From positions 128,141 to 192,140 of the forward strand of contig JBMORF010000082.1 in the NCBI GenBank assembly GCA_049322315.1: a stretch of 64,000 nt of DNA, read 5' to 3'. Position 1 is the stretch's first letter. The number at the start of each line of letters is the position of its first letter. Under the pieces are notes generated by a model. That model saw nothing but the letters and a program-made list of their open reading frames with translations, was not told the DNA's origin and did not search any database. The stretch is from Thermodesulfobacteriota bacterium (GTDB taxonomy: Bacteria > Desulfobacterota > Desulfobaccia > Desulfobaccales > 0-14-0-80-60-11). Positions 36,500 to 46,550 of this stretch are shown here, one piece after another. The translations under genes and the position numbers were made by a program.

Positions 36500-37522
36500 T
36501 CAATTAACCGGATTGCATACCTGCCCCTTTTCTATAAAGGTCAGGATGGCATCCAGATTGGTTTGAAGAATCCGCTGCACCGCCTGGGTGGTATTGAAGG
36601 CGTTATGGGGGGTGAGGATGACGTTGGGAAACCGCTGCAAATAAAAGCTTTCGAAAGCCGCCTGGTAATCCTGGGGCGAGAAATCGGCGCGGCCGTGCAC
36701 CAGTTCGCTCTCTTTGATCCACAGCAGCTCCCCTTCAAAGGAATCCAGCGCCAGGCCTCCCAGAAGGCCGTTTTCCAGGGCCCAGAGGAGCGCCGACGTT
36801 TCGGTGATGGGGCCCCGGGCGGCATTGACCAGGAGCGCCCCCGGCTTGAGCAAGGTGATACTGTCCCGGTTGATCAGGTGGTGGGTCTCGGGCACATAAG
36901 GCACGTGGATGGTGACGATGTCGGAACTGCGTAGCAGTTCCTCCAGCGGCACGTATCTTGCCCCATGCCGCTCCACCAACTCCTGCTTCTGGTAGGTATC
37001 ACAACATAAGATGTGCATGTCAAAGCCGCTGGCGATTTTGACCACATGGGCCCCGATGCGGCCGGTGCCGATCACCCCCAGGGTGCTGCCGGCCAGATCG
37101 ATGCCTCGCACGTCCTGCCGCACCAACCGCCCCTGCTTGGAACGTTCGAAAATGGTGGTCAAGCGGCGGGCCAGGGTCAGGATCAGGGCAAAGGTGAACT
37201 CGGCCACCGTGTTTGCCCCATAGTCCGGCACATTTGTCACCGCAATGCCTTTTCCCTTGGCGCAAGCCACGTCAATGTGATCAACGCCGGTACAACGGGT
37301 GGCAATCAATTGCAAATGCGGCAATGCTTCCAGCACCGCCTGATTGACCAGGCTCAGGGCGCCGATGGAGAGGATTTCGGCGGCGGCGATGGCCGCCGCC
37401 TTTTCCATGGTTAATCCTTCTTTTTCGTAGGAATGCTGGAGTACCTCAACCTGGTGCCCTTGAAAAGCCGCCTGGTAGATGGCTGATTCCCAACCTTCCA
37501 GATTAAAAAAGGCTACCCTCAT
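36500..37522 (-). CDS. D-isomer-specific 2-hydroxyacid dehydrogenase (D-lactate/phenyllactate dehydrogenase-like), NAD-binding
   Basis: 340 aa. GVIGTGRIGAHV Rossmann motif. The catalytic region is ...LLVNAARG...LDSFEGE...TPHNAF. Confidence 0.85.
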   Translation of the reverse strand: MRVAFFNLEGWESAIYQAAFQGHQVEVLQHSYEKEGLTMEKAAAIAAAEILSIGALSLVNQAVLEALPHLQLIATRCTGVDHIDVACAKGKGIAVTNVPDYGANTVAEFTFALILTLARRLTTIFERSKQGRLVRQDVRGIDLAGSTLGVIGTGRIGAHVVKIASGFDMHILCCDTYQKQELVERHGARYVPLEELLRSSDIVTIHVPYVPETHHLINRDSITLLKPGALLVNAARGPITETSALLWALENGLLGGLALDSFEGELLWIKESELVHGRADFSPQDYQAAFESFYLQRFPNVILTPHNAFNTTQAVQRILQTNLDAILTFIEKGQVCNPVN

Positions 37523-37622
37523 GGGGTTCTCCTCGGGAAAGACCTGGCCGGCGGAAGATAGTGCCCTTCACCGCTACCCGACGGATTAGGCAAAGTCTTC
37601 CGCCTGCTGGTAAGAGGTCTTT

Positions 37623-39281
37623 CTATTTCTTGGCGGCGTGGCTCTTGAAAATCTGGCCCAACCGCAAAATGCCCTCCGAGCAATCCAGACGGTCCAGGCG
37701 CACCTCGATAAAGGCCAGAGTATCTGGCTGTTCTTGGGTCATCTGCAGGGCATCCTCCAGTTCGCCTTCGGTTGTAACCTGGCAACCCCAGCCACCCCTG
37801 AACACCTCGGTCAGCCGGTGATAGTCCCACATATGCAAGTCGTTGTATGGTCCTTCGTGCAGCGCCCGCTCGATGGTATAGCCGTCATTATTGATGAGGA
37901 AGATAACCGGGTTCAGCCCATGGCGAATCATGGTGGACACTTCCTGGGCCGTCATCTGGAAGGCGCCATCTCCCACAATGGTGACCGGCCGGCGCGTCGG
38001 TGCGGCCAGTTTCGCCCCCAGGGTGGCCGGGACGCTGTAGCCGATGGACATATAAAACGCCTGGTTGATGCAGGGGACGTTGCCGGGCAGATAGAGATCC
38101 GCGGCACTGAATATCGAATCCCCGGTATCGGCGATCAGCAGGGAGTTGCTGTCCAGGAAGTGGTCCAGCCTCTCATAAAAGCGTTTATGGGTTATCTTTT
38201 GATCCCGCACCGGGACAAACTTTTCTTGTCTCCCGGTCGCTGCAGGCTGAACCTTGGCCGCTGGGCCCATGGGGAGTTTGACCTTCAGCGCCTCGATAAA
38301 ATCCCGTAAGCTGACCTGGTTAAAGACATGGTGCTTGATGCCGACCTTGTCCGAATTGGCCACGATCATCTTGGGAATGTCAACCAACAACGCGGTCCCA
38401 TGCCCCAGGTTGACGTCGGTCATCAACGTCCCCAGGCATAAGATCAGATCGGCGTCCTCCACCGCTTTTTGTATGCTTTCCTTACCCAGATAACCCTTAT
38501 AGACTCCGATAAATTGCGGATGTGACTCGGGGATTACGGATTTGCCCAATAAGGTCGTGGCCACCGGATAGCCGCTATGGTCGATGAGCGCCAGCAGGGC
38601 GTCCTGAGCCCCCAGCCGAAGGGACTCAACCCCCGCTAAAATAATGGGGTTCTTGGCTGCGGTCAGCAGCGCCACCGCCTCTTCCACCGCCTCCGCCAAC
38701 GCCCCCGGGTCCGAGGGGATCGTGGTGTCCACCTCGAAGGGGCCGGGTTCAGGACATGGTTGGGCTACCAAATCCATGGGGATCTCGATATAGACCGGGC
38801 GTCGCTCCCGCAGGCAGGTGACTAGGGTGGCGTCGATCTTCTCTATAGCCTGTCCGGGTTTTTCCAAAATCACCGCAGCTGCGGTAATGTGCTGAAAAAC
38901 CCGGTACTGGAGGTTCATACTGCCCATGGTATGATGCAGGAGGTGAGGGTTGGACCGGTCGGTTATCCGGGGTCCGCCGCTGATCAGCACCACGGGTAGT
39001 CTTTCAGCATAAGCCCCGACCACGGCATTATAAGCGCTGAATCCCCCGACCCCATAGGTCACACAAAGTCCCCCTATCCCGTTCATGCGGGCATAGGCGT
39101 CGGCGGCGTACCCGGCGTTCAGTTCATTGCAGGTGCCGATTACCTTTAGGTTGCTCTCTTCCAGGCAGTCAAAGAAATCCAGAACATAATCTCCCGGGAC
39201 CCCGAAAATATGTTTTAATCCAGCCTGTTCCAGACGTTTCACTAAATACTTGCCGATGGTGGTGGTGATGCTTGATGCCAT
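37623..39281 (-). CDS. TPP-dependent 2-ketoacid decarboxylase (indolepyruvate/phenylpyruvate/pyruvate decarboxylase family)
   Basis: 552 aa. The N-terminus IGKYLVKRLEQAGLKHIFGVPGDYVLDFFD..GTCNELNAGYAADAYAR and the TPP motif GDGAFQMTAQE...NNDGYT are typical of IpdC/PDC. Confidence 0.85.
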   Translation of the reverse strand: MASSITTTIGKYLVKRLEQAGLKHIFGVPGDYVLDFFDCLEESNLKVIGTCNELNAGYAADAYARMNGIGGLCVTYGVGGFSAYNAVVGAYAERLPVVLISGGPRITDRSNPHLLHHTMGSMNLQYRVFQHITAAAVILEKPGQAIEKIDATLVTCLRERRPVYIEIPMDLVAQPCPEPGPFEVDTTIPSDPGALAEAVEEAVALLTAAKNPIILAGVESLRLGAQDALLALIDHSGYPVATTLLGKSVIPESHPQFIGVYKGYLGKESIQKAVEDADLILCLGTLMTDVNLGHGTALLVDIPKMIVANSDKVGIKHHVFNQVSLRDFIEALKVKLPMGPAAKVQPAATGRQEKFVPVRDQKITHKRFYERLDHFLDSNSLLIADTGDSIFSAADLYLPGNVPCINQAFYMSIGYSVPATLGAKLAAPTRRPVTIVGDGAFQMTAQEVSTMIRHGLNPVIFLINNDGYTIERALHEGPYNDLHMWDYHRLTEVFRGGWGCQVTTEGELEDALQMTQEQPDTLAFIEVRLDRLDCSEGILRLGQIFKSHAAKK

Positions 39282-39335
39282 GGCAGCCTCCCTGTGATGT
39301 GCAAAAATTTCTCTTCCGTCACGGTGAAGCGGTAA

Positions 39336-40619
39336 TTACCATAGGACCAAAGATTCCTCGTAGATCTGCGCCAGGTCATCCTCGCTGGGGAACCTGGGGG
39401 CGTTGTGCAGGTTCCGCTGCTGCCGCAAAGCCCCCTTCACCATCTGGGGAATGTCCTCCCGGGTGAAGCCCACCGCGGCGATGCCATTGGGAAGTTTCAA
39501 GCGCCTGATAAGGGCGATGATTTCATCCGCCAGGATTTTGCCGGCATCTTCTCCTTTGGCCTGGGAGACCGAGGCCCCCAGGATTTCGGCCACCTGCAGA
39601 TGGCGTTCGGGGCAGGCCGGTGCGGTGAACCGGGCCACCGCCGGCGCGGTGAGGATCACCGCGATGCCGTGCGGCGCCAGGGGATGGTCGCCGCGAGGAT
39701 AGCCCTCCGGACGATACTGGCGCACCATGCCGGCGATGGGGTAGGACAGGCCGTGCGGCATAGCTACTCCGGCGGTTTCGAAGGCCACCCCGGCGCACGA
39801 AGAAGCCAGAAGCATGTGGCTCCGGGCCTCCTCATCTTCGGGGTCCTCGATAGCGCGGATGAGATATTTGGCAACCGTCCGCAAGGTATCCAGGCACCAG
39901 ATGTCACTGATGGGATTGGACCCCTGGTAGGGCGGCCGCAGGCTGGGGCGTTCGGGCCGCGGGCGTTGATTGTATGGGAGGGCGGTGTAGGATTCAAACA
40001 CGTGGCTCAGGACATCCAGGCCGGTGGCCGCCGCCACCATGGGCGGCATGGTCCTGGTGTTTTCCGGATCGACAATCCCCAACACCGGCTTGGTGAATTG
40101 GTGCACAAAAGCCGCCTTGACATGGAGGGTTTCAATGTCCACCACCGCGATGCCCGTGTGTTCGCTGCCGGTGCCCGCGGTGGTGGGCACCGCGATCAGG
40201 GGCTTGCAGGGGCCCGGGACCTGCCGCCCCTTGCCCACCGGAGGCGCAAAATAATCCAGAAAGTCTCCGGGGTAAGTGCTGTAGAGATTGGCCGCCTTGG
40301 CGGTGTCCATGGTGGAGCCGCCGCCCACCGCCACGAAGGCGTCCACCTCCTCCTGTTTGGCAACCTCAATGGCATCCAGGAAGGAGGCGTCGTTGGGCTC
40401 GATGCGCACCCGATCAAAGAAGACATAGGGGACTTGGTTGTCTTCCAGGGACTGTCGCACCTCGGCCACCGGCGGCTGTGAGGCCAGATAGGCGTCCGTA
40501 AGCACCATCACCCGGCGGACCTTCATATCCGCCAGGTCCATGCCGATTTCCCGGGTAGCCCCCTTGCCGAAGCGCATCCGGTTGCCGGCCGCCATCTCAA
40601 ACGCGATTTCGTTAGGCAT
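39336..40619 (-). CDS. Iron-containing (group III) alcohol dehydrogenase
   Basis: Track ORF 39336..40673. The likely start is ATG 40619 (MPNEIAFEM..). Motifs GGGSTMDTAKA, AVPTTAGTGSE and a His-rich metal site (HGLSYPIAG). Confidence 0.85.
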   Translation of the reverse strand: MPNEIAFEMAAGNRMRFGKGATREIGMDLADMKVRRVMVLTDAYLASQPPVAEVRQSLEDNQVPYVFFDRVRIEPNDASFLDAIEVAKQEEVDAFVAVGGGSTMDTAKAANLYSTYPGDFLDYFAPPVGKGRQVPGPCKPLIAVPTTAGTGSEHTGIAVVDIETLHVKAAFVHQFTKPVLGIVDPENTRTMPPMVAAATGLDVLSHVFESYTALPYNQRPRPERPSLRPPYQGSNPISDIWCLDTLRTVAKYLIRAIEDPEDEEARSHMLLASSCAGVAFETAGVAMPHGLSYPIAGMVRQYRPEGYPRGDHPLAPHGIAVILTAPAVARFTAPACPERHLQVAEILGASVSQAKGEDAGKILADEIIALIRRLKLPNGIAAVGFTREDIPQMVKGALRQQRNLHNAPRFPSEDDLAQIYEESLVLW

Positions 40620-41050
40620 GTGGACCTCATCTCTTATCCGGTTATTGCCGGGATTATCTCGCAGCCCTGGCATTACCTGTCTAAAACCGATAATTGGGAT
40701 CCCTTTCCACCATGGTTAAGACCGAACCCCACCGCTTCACCAAAACTACCTTTCTCGTAGGTAGGAGGCATGTTAGCCAAAAATTCTTGATGCGTCAATT
40801 CAAATTGAAACTTTGTGCACTTAGCCCCATCGTTTAACAGATTCCTGCTTGATTGCCGATCTATGCACCCCGGACCAGCACCACTCAATAGTGGTTCGCA
40901 AGAGGAAAGGCTGAAACAGCAAGACCATACCCAATGTATGAGCTAAAAGATCACTTGCCAGGCCAGAAACTTATTGGATTTCCAGGTAAAATATATGATA
41001 TACTTTGCTTATTCGCATCCTAACGATGCAATCAAACCAGGAGGTGAAGC

Positions 41051-41480
41051 ATGAAAGTAGTCAAGGCAATCGACCTTTACCTGGATTACCATCGGCTGAA
41101 CTCCCAAAATAAATACGAACCGGTCATATGAGTCTTTCCTATCTAAGTTCCGAGACCAATTTTCTGACCGGGACCCGGAGTCAATCTCGCCCGACGAAGT
41201 TCTCTCCTTCCTGATCGGGCTGAATGAAGGCTGCAAACAATTAACCAAGCACACCCGTTATTCCTATCTCAAAGCCTTCTTCAACTTCATCCCCAATAAC
41301 CTGGATGCCCAACTCCCGAATCCATGGGACACCCCCATGCTGAAGAAACTCTTTCGGCCTGATAAACTGGGGCGTTGGCAGATCCATGAGAAAGAGACCA
41401 TCGACGAGATCATCTTCCGCACCACTAAGGTTAGGAACTGTCTGATGCTGGAGCTCATGGCCCGGGGCGGCATGCGGGTG
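41051..41480 (+). pseudogene. Tyrosine recombinase/integrase fragment: N-terminal SAM-like domain and the start of the catalytic domain, frameshifted and 3'-truncated
   Basis: ATG 41051 follows AGGAGG and reads MKVVKAIDLYLDYHRLNSQNK, with a stop at 41129. The reading continues in the +1 frame as NTNRSYESFLSKFRDQFSDRDPESISPDEVLSFL..TKHTRYSYLKAFFNF..RNCLMLELMARGGMRVG (catalytic Arg box). Homology then ends. Confidence 0.75.
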
Positions 41481-41942
41481 GGACCCGGTATGGATGACCT
41501 GAAGGGGACCGGGCTGGACCAGGCCTCGCAGTCCGATGGGATTCACGGTTATTATCGCTCCGCTATAAGAGACAGAAAAAAGAAACCGGCCGGTTCGATC
41601 AGGGGAGATATAGTCCATATCGGCCGCCAAGGGTACCGTGGAAAGATGAGTCAGGGCTCCGGTGGCGGAATTGATGGCATAAGTGGCCACAGAATAGGGG
41701 ATCGACCGGATGGAGGCGTAAAGAAACCGGCGATCCGGACTCACCGCCAGGGGCATGACTATTTTGCCCGATGGTGTTTTGCCGAGTAGTTGTAAGGCGC
41801 CATTTTGGGGGTTCATCTGCAAAGTAGCAATTTCTCCGTCCTGGGCGTTGGAGACATAGACAAAGGTCTTGGCCGAGGCCGCAGGGATCATCACCCCGGA
41901 GCATAAAAGGTGGATCAATAAAATCAAGGTTGCCTTTCTCAT
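41471..41942 (-). pseudogene. N-terminal fragment (about 155 aa) of a 7-bladed beta-propeller lactonase (YbhE/Pgl-like), 3'-truncated
   Basis: Track ORF 41241..41942. A signal peptide is followed by KTFVYVSNAQDGEIATLQMNPQNGALQLL..PLAVSPDRRFLYAS..ISPDRTGRFLFSVSY. Lactonase-like sequence stops near HTGSHPHA. The rest of the ORF is antisense read-through of the integrase fragment. Confidence 0.7.
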
Positions 41943-42129
41943 AGTAACCGTCCTCGATCAATCATGTTTTACACCGCAATAAAAACCTACTTGCGTTGAC
42001 CAAAAAAGGTTCGAATTTCGACATACTAACCCCTCAATGACCAGACGGTATCAAACTGGTTAAGCCGATGGACCCCAGGCCATGGCAGACATTTTTTATT
42101 TTGGCATAATCTTGGCTGATTGCTTAAAT

Positions 42130-43533
42130 CTAGCGGGCCGGTCTGCCCAAGTCCCGGGGATTTCTGTGGTTGCGCCAGTGGTCTTCAATCTCATCCAGGG
42201 AGATGCCTCTGGTTTCCGGCACCAGGAAATAGACAAACCACCAGGCAATAATGCCCAGAAAGGCATTGAACCAAAATGTGCCGGACTTGCCCAGGACATC
42301 CAGAAGACTCAAAAAAATCAGGGTATCCAGAAAATAAGCGGCCCAGAGGACGGTGGTCGCCAGGCTCATGGCCAGGGCCCGAACATTCGCTGGATAAATT
42401 TCTGAGATCAAGAGGAAAAAGATTGTACCCGGCCCAATCACCCAGAAAGCCGCAAACACCATCAGGCTAACTTCGGCGAAGGTCCCCTGGAAACTCGGAA
42501 AAAAGGGGGAAACGGCCAGACCCAACCCGACCAGGCTGACAACCATACCCGCGAGTCCTATCAAAAGCAGAGTTCGCCGCCCCCAGCGGTCCACCAGGGA
42601 CATGACCAGGAGGGTGGCCAATACCTGTGCCACCGCTATGCCAACCGTAGCTAAAATATCCACAGATTGAGATTGGCCCCCTGACATCTCAAAGATGGTG
42701 GGAGCATAAAAAATCACGATACTAATCCCGGTCACCATCCGGAAGATTGCCAGGCCGATGCCGATAATCAGCACGATGCGTAAGTAGGGTTGCAATAAAT
42801 GAACCCACCCTCCCAATTTTTGGTTCAGACACTTAAGGAGGGTCTCAAGCTCACCGGCAATATCCGCCCCTCCCCGCACTCGCCGCAAGGACTCACAGGC
42901 TTTATCCGAACATCCCTGCAGCATCAGCCAGCGGGGGCTCTCAGGCAAAACCGCGCTGCCGATTCCCAGAATAACTCCGGGGACGGCCCCCATGGCCAGC
43001 ATGATCCGCCATTGATGCATCATGGCAAAGGCAAGATCAACGAGATAAGCCACCAGGATGCCCACCATGACTGCCAGAAAATAGACGGTCACCAGCCGCC
43101 CCCTGGATTGGGCCGGGGCCAACTCGGCAATATACAGAGGGGTCACAAAGGACGCCATACCAAAGCAAACCCCGGTAAGAACCCGGCCCAGGATCAGCCA
43201 GGAAACGTTCATGGCCAGGGATGAGGCGATCGGTCCCAGGATTCCCAACCCCGCAATGAACAAGAGGGTTGGCCGTCGCCCCCAGCGATCGGCGATTTTG
43301 CCCCCGCCTGCGGCCCCCAGCATGGCGCCAAAGAGGGCCGAGGCTATGACGATTTCCACCAGGATGACGGGCAGGGCAAACTCAACCCGGATAAAGAGGA
43401 TGGCACCGCCAATAACAGCCAGGTCATAGCCAAAAATCATCCCCCCCGAAGCTGCAATGGCTGAAGCGAGGTAGAGGAGGTATCCTCGCCGAACAATGTC
43501 GGAAGGCACTGGTGGAGGGAGCAAAGGCTCCAT
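42130..43533 (-). CDS. MFS transporter, sugar-porter family
   Basis: 467 aa, 12 TM segments. Signature motifs DRWGRRPTLL, PESPRWL and VPETRGISLDEIE. Confidence 0.9.
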   Translation of the reverse strand: MEPLLPPPVPSDIVRRGYLLYLASAIAASGGMIFGYDLAVIGGAILFIRVEFALPVILVEIVIASALFGAMLGAAGGGKIADRWGRRPTLLFIAGLGILGPIASSLAMNVSWLILGRVLTGVCFGMASFVTPLYIAELAPAQSRGRLVTVYFLAVMVGILVAYLVDLAFAMMHQWRIMLAMGAVPGVILGIGSAVLPESPRWLMLQGCSDKACESLRRVRGGADIAGELETLLKCLNQKLGGWVHLLQPYLRIVLIIGIGLAIFRMVTGISIVIFYAPTIFEMSGGQSQSVDILATVGIAVAQVLATLLVMSLVDRWGRRTLLLIGLAGMVVSLVGLGLAVSPFFPSFQGTFAEVSLMVFAAFWVIGPGTIFFLLISEIYPANVRALAMSLATTVLWAAYFLDTLIFLSLLDVLGKSGTFWFNAFLGIIAWWFVYFLVPETRGISLDEIEDHWRNHRNPRDLGRPAR

Positions 43534-43637
43534 AAGCTAGAATGCGGCCTTTTGGATGTGTTCTAAATCTGGATATTCTCTCATATGATTGTGCATTACT
43601 ACCATTTTTGACGGGTAACTGGGTATTAGTCCCAAGA

Positions 43638-44663
43638 TCAGTAACTCTCCTCTTGCTCCAGGTCTTCCTCCCCGGTTTTATGGCGGAAGAGGTGATGCAC
43701 CCACACCTGGTAGATAATGACGAGGGGGACAAAGGTTAAGGCCACTCCCAGCATGATTTTTAAGGTCAGGGGACTGGAGGAGGAGTTGAAGGCCGTGAGG
43801 CTATAAGCCGGATCGATGCTGGAAGGGAGCAGTTTCGGGTAAAGCCCCACCACGCCAAAGAGGGTGGTGCCGACGATGGTGACGCAGGAGGCGAACCAGG
43901 CCCGCCACCAGGCGGCTTTGGCGATATAGACCCGGATCATGATCAAAGCGACCACGGTAATGGCGGGAATCAAAAAGAGTATGGGTTTATCCAGGTAGTT
44001 ATCGTAAAGGAAGGTGACCCGGCGGCTGACCAAAAGAAAGATCACCGCTATCACCAGGAGGGCGGCCCAGAGCTTGGGCACCAATTTCGCGGCCCGGTCA
44101 TGGAGGGGACCCCCGGCTTTCACCGCCAGCCACAAAGAACCGTGGACCGTAAAGAGGAGGACGAAAAGAATCCCCCCGGCCAGGCCGTAAGGGTTGAGGA
44201 GGGTGAACAGGGTGCCCTGATAGATGCCATCCTTGTCAATGGGGAGGCCGTGAAAGATATTGGCAAAGGCCACCCCCAGCAATAAGGCGGGCAGGAAACT
44301 GCCGATGACCAGGCAGGTGTCCCAGACCTTCTTCCACCCCGGGCTGTTGACCTCCTCCCGGAAGGCAAAGGAGACGCCCCTAAAGATCAATGCGAAGAGG
44401 ATGAGCATCAAGGCCGAATAGAGGCCGCTGAACATCACCGCGTAAGTGGTGGGGAAAGCCGCGAAGGTAACGCCTCCGGCAGTGATCAGCCAAACCTCGT
44501 TGCCGTCCCAGAAGGGACCCATGACCCGGTAGACCAGGCTCCGCTCCTTATCGGTCTTGGCCACTACCGGCAACAACGTCCCCAGACCCAGGTCAAAGCC
44601 GTCCAGCATAAAATAGACGGCCCACAGGATGCCCCACAGCAGAAACCAGATAGTTTCCAACAT
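43638..44663 (-). CDS. cydB: Cytochrome bd oxidase subunit II
   Basis: Track ORF 43638..44687. The likely start is ATG 44663 (MLETIWFLLWGILWAVYFMLDGFDLGLG), 4 nt after the cydA stop, with GGAGGG upstream. Confidence 0.9.
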   Translation of the reverse strand: MLETIWFLLWGILWAVYFMLDGFDLGLGTLLPVVAKTDKERSLVYRVMGPFWDGNEVWLITAGGVTFAAFPTTYAVMFSGLYSALMLILFALIFRGVSFAFREEVNSPGWKKVWDTCLVIGSFLPALLLGVAFANIFHGLPIDKDGIYQGTLFTLLNPYGLAGGILFVLLFTVHGSLWLAVKAGGPLHDRAAKLVPKLWAALLVIAVIFLLVSRRVTFLYDNYLDKPILFLIPAITVVALIMIRVYIAKAAWWRAWFASCVTIVGTTLFGVVGLYPKLLPSSIDPAYSLTAFNSSSSPLTLKIMLGVALTFVPLVIIYQVWVHHLFRHKTGEEDLEQEESY

Positions 44664-44667
44664 GACC

Positions 44668-45999
44668 TTAACCCTCCACCTGGACAACGGCCGCGGGCGC
44701 GGGCTCCGGCCCCCGCCGTATGTGCTTGACGATGAGATAGAAAGCTACCGCGCCCAGGAGGGAATAGACGCCGATAAAGGCCGCCAGAGTGGTCCCCACC
44801 TGGGAGACGGCGATGGGTGAGACCGCGTCCTTGGTCCGCATCAACCCATAGACGATCCAGGGCTGCCGCCCCACCTCGGTGACGATCCAACCCGCCTGCA
44901 AGGCGATATAGGGTAGAGGGATGGAATAGAGAAGCAGCTTCAGGAGAAAGGGGCTGGACTCCAGCTTTTTTCGCTTGAGCCAGGCCACCACCGTCACCAG
45001 GGCAAAGAAAAATCCCAAGCCCACCATCACCCGGAAAGCAATGAAGGTCAGGGCCACCGGGGGCCGGTCTTCTTTGGGGAAGTCCTTGAGCCCTTTAACC
45101 GTGGCGCCGGGGGAGTGATAAGCCAGCATACTTAAGAGCCCCGGGATTTTCCCGAACTCGGCGACGTTGCGTTCATTTTTCTCGTCCGGGATCAGAAACA
45201 TAGCCATGGGCGCGTCGGCCTGGGTATCCCAGAGGGATTCCATGGCCGCCAGTTTGGCGGGTTGGATCTTGGCCACCTCCGCGCCGTGGATGTGGCCCTG
45301 GACGATTTCCGCCAGGGAGAAGATCAGGGCAAAGACCAGGCCCAGCCGCAAGGATTTGCTAAAGAAGGAGACATGCTGTTTCTTTAAAAGATGGTAGGCG
45401 CTGACGCCCATGACAAAAAAGCCCGCCAGGATATAGGCCCCGCTGATAGTGTGAAAATAGATTTGGAAAGCGAAAGGCTGGGTGACCACGGCCAGAAAAT
45501 CGGTGAGTTCGGCCCGGCCGTTACGCAAGGTGAAGCCCACGGGGTGCTGCATCCAGGCGTTGGCTATCAGAATCCAGAGGGCCGAGAGGTTGGAGGCGAA
45601 GGCCACCAGCCAGATGCTCAGGCAATGGACCTTGGGGGAGAGACGTTTCCAGCCGAAGATCCACACCGCCAGGAAGGTGGATTCCAGGAAAAAGGCCAGG
45701 GTGGCTTCGATGGCCAGAAGGGAGCCGAAGATATCTCCCACGTAGCGGGAGTAGCGGGACCAGTTGGTGCCGAATTGAAATTCCAGGGTAATGCCGGTGA
45801 CCACCCCCACGGCAAAATTAATGATGAAGATCTTGCCCCAGAATTTGGCCAGGCGGCGGTATTCCTCATCGCCGGTTCTGACGAACTTCGTTTCCATGAT
45901 GGCGATGAGGATGGATAACCCCAGGGTCAGGGGCACGAAGATGAAGTGGAAAAAGGTGGCCACCGCGAATTGCAGCCGCGAAAGCATCAGGACGTCCAT
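44668..45999 (-). CDS. cydA: Cytochrome bd oxidase subunit I
   Basis: Track ORF 44668..46107. The likely start is ATG 45999 (MDVLMLSRLQFAVATFFHFIFVPLTLGL), preceded by AAGGAGGGGAG. Q-loop and haem-ligand regions are present. Confidence 0.9.
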   Translation of the reverse strand: MDVLMLSRLQFAVATFFHFIFVPLTLGLSILIAIMETKFVRTGDEEYRRLAKFWGKIFIINFAVGVVTGITLEFQFGTNWSRYSRYVGDIFGSLLAIEATLAFFLESTFLAVWIFGWKRLSPKVHCLSIWLVAFASNLSALWILIANAWMQHPVGFTLRNGRAELTDFLAVVTQPFAFQIYFHTISGAYILAGFFVMGVSAYHLLKKQHVSFFSKSLRLGLVFALIFSLAEIVQGHIHGAEVAKIQPAKLAAMESLWDTQADAPMAMFLIPDEKNERNVAEFGKIPGLLSMLAYHSPGATVKGLKDFPKEDRPPVALTFIAFRVMVGLGFFFALVTVVAWLKRKKLESSPFLLKLLLYSIPLPYIALQAGWIVTEVGRQPWIVYGLMRTKDAVSPIAVSQVGTTLAAFIGVYSLLGAVAFYLIVKHIRRGPEPAPAAVVQVEG

Positions 46000-46284
46000 A
46001 GCATTGCTCCCCTCCTTTGACAGAATTGGCTTAAACTCATGGTCATTCTCCGGCCCGGTCCCTTGAGAATAATTGCAGGATGTTAACTTTGTAAAATAAT
46101 ACCCCAATCCGCGTTGTCCAGGCTCTCTAAAGCCCGTCGGGATGAAACTGGGGGCCGGGGGATTTTCTTTAAGTCCTTGGCGGCACCGGAGTTCTAGTCA
46201 GTGGCCGCCGGGGTTTCGATGGCCGCCGCCGGGTGGGAAGAGGGGCAGGCAGGAGTACGCCCCCCTGGTTCCGGCTTTATCCGT

Positions 46285-46545
46285 TTAATCCCTATGCGGC
46301 CAGGGCTCTCCGGCCTTTTCTTCCACCAGATAGCAAAAAGAGACCCATTCCACTTCCCGGTGGGAAACGGGGCAGCGCAACCTGATCTTTTCCAGGCCCA
46401 GGCCGATCACTTCCCAGTCGCCCCCCCGGGGTCCGCCGGCGATGAAGATCTTCTGCCCTACTTTAAAGGGGTAGGGCCGGAAAATCGCCACCTTATCGGC
46501 TGGACCCCGGGTCTCTTCCGGACTCGGCTTCCGGTACTCACTCAT
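46285..46545 (-). CDS. Small conserved-looking protein of unknown function, translationally coupled to dfx
   Basis: 86 aa from ATG 46545 (MSEYRKPSPEE...), 5 nt after the dfx stop. No family was recognised. Confidence 0.5.
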   Translation of the reverse strand: MSEYRKPSPEETRGPADKVAIFRPYPFKVGQKIFIAGGPRGGDWEVIGLGLEKIRLRCPVSHREVEWVSFCYLVEEKAGEPWPHRD

Positions 46546-46550
46546 GGGTC

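Noticed and set aside
40673-40888. 71-aa minus-strand ORF upstream of the alcohol dehydrogenase gene
   Set aside because: It lies in the promoter region of the ADH operon. It has no RBS and no recognisable family. It probably arises because the track ORF of the ADH gene is over-extended.
41337-41789. 150-aa plus-strand ORF
   Set aside because: Only its first roughly 48 codons are integrase sequence. The remainder is read-through on the antisense of the lactonase fragment. It is reported instead as part of the integrase pseudogene.
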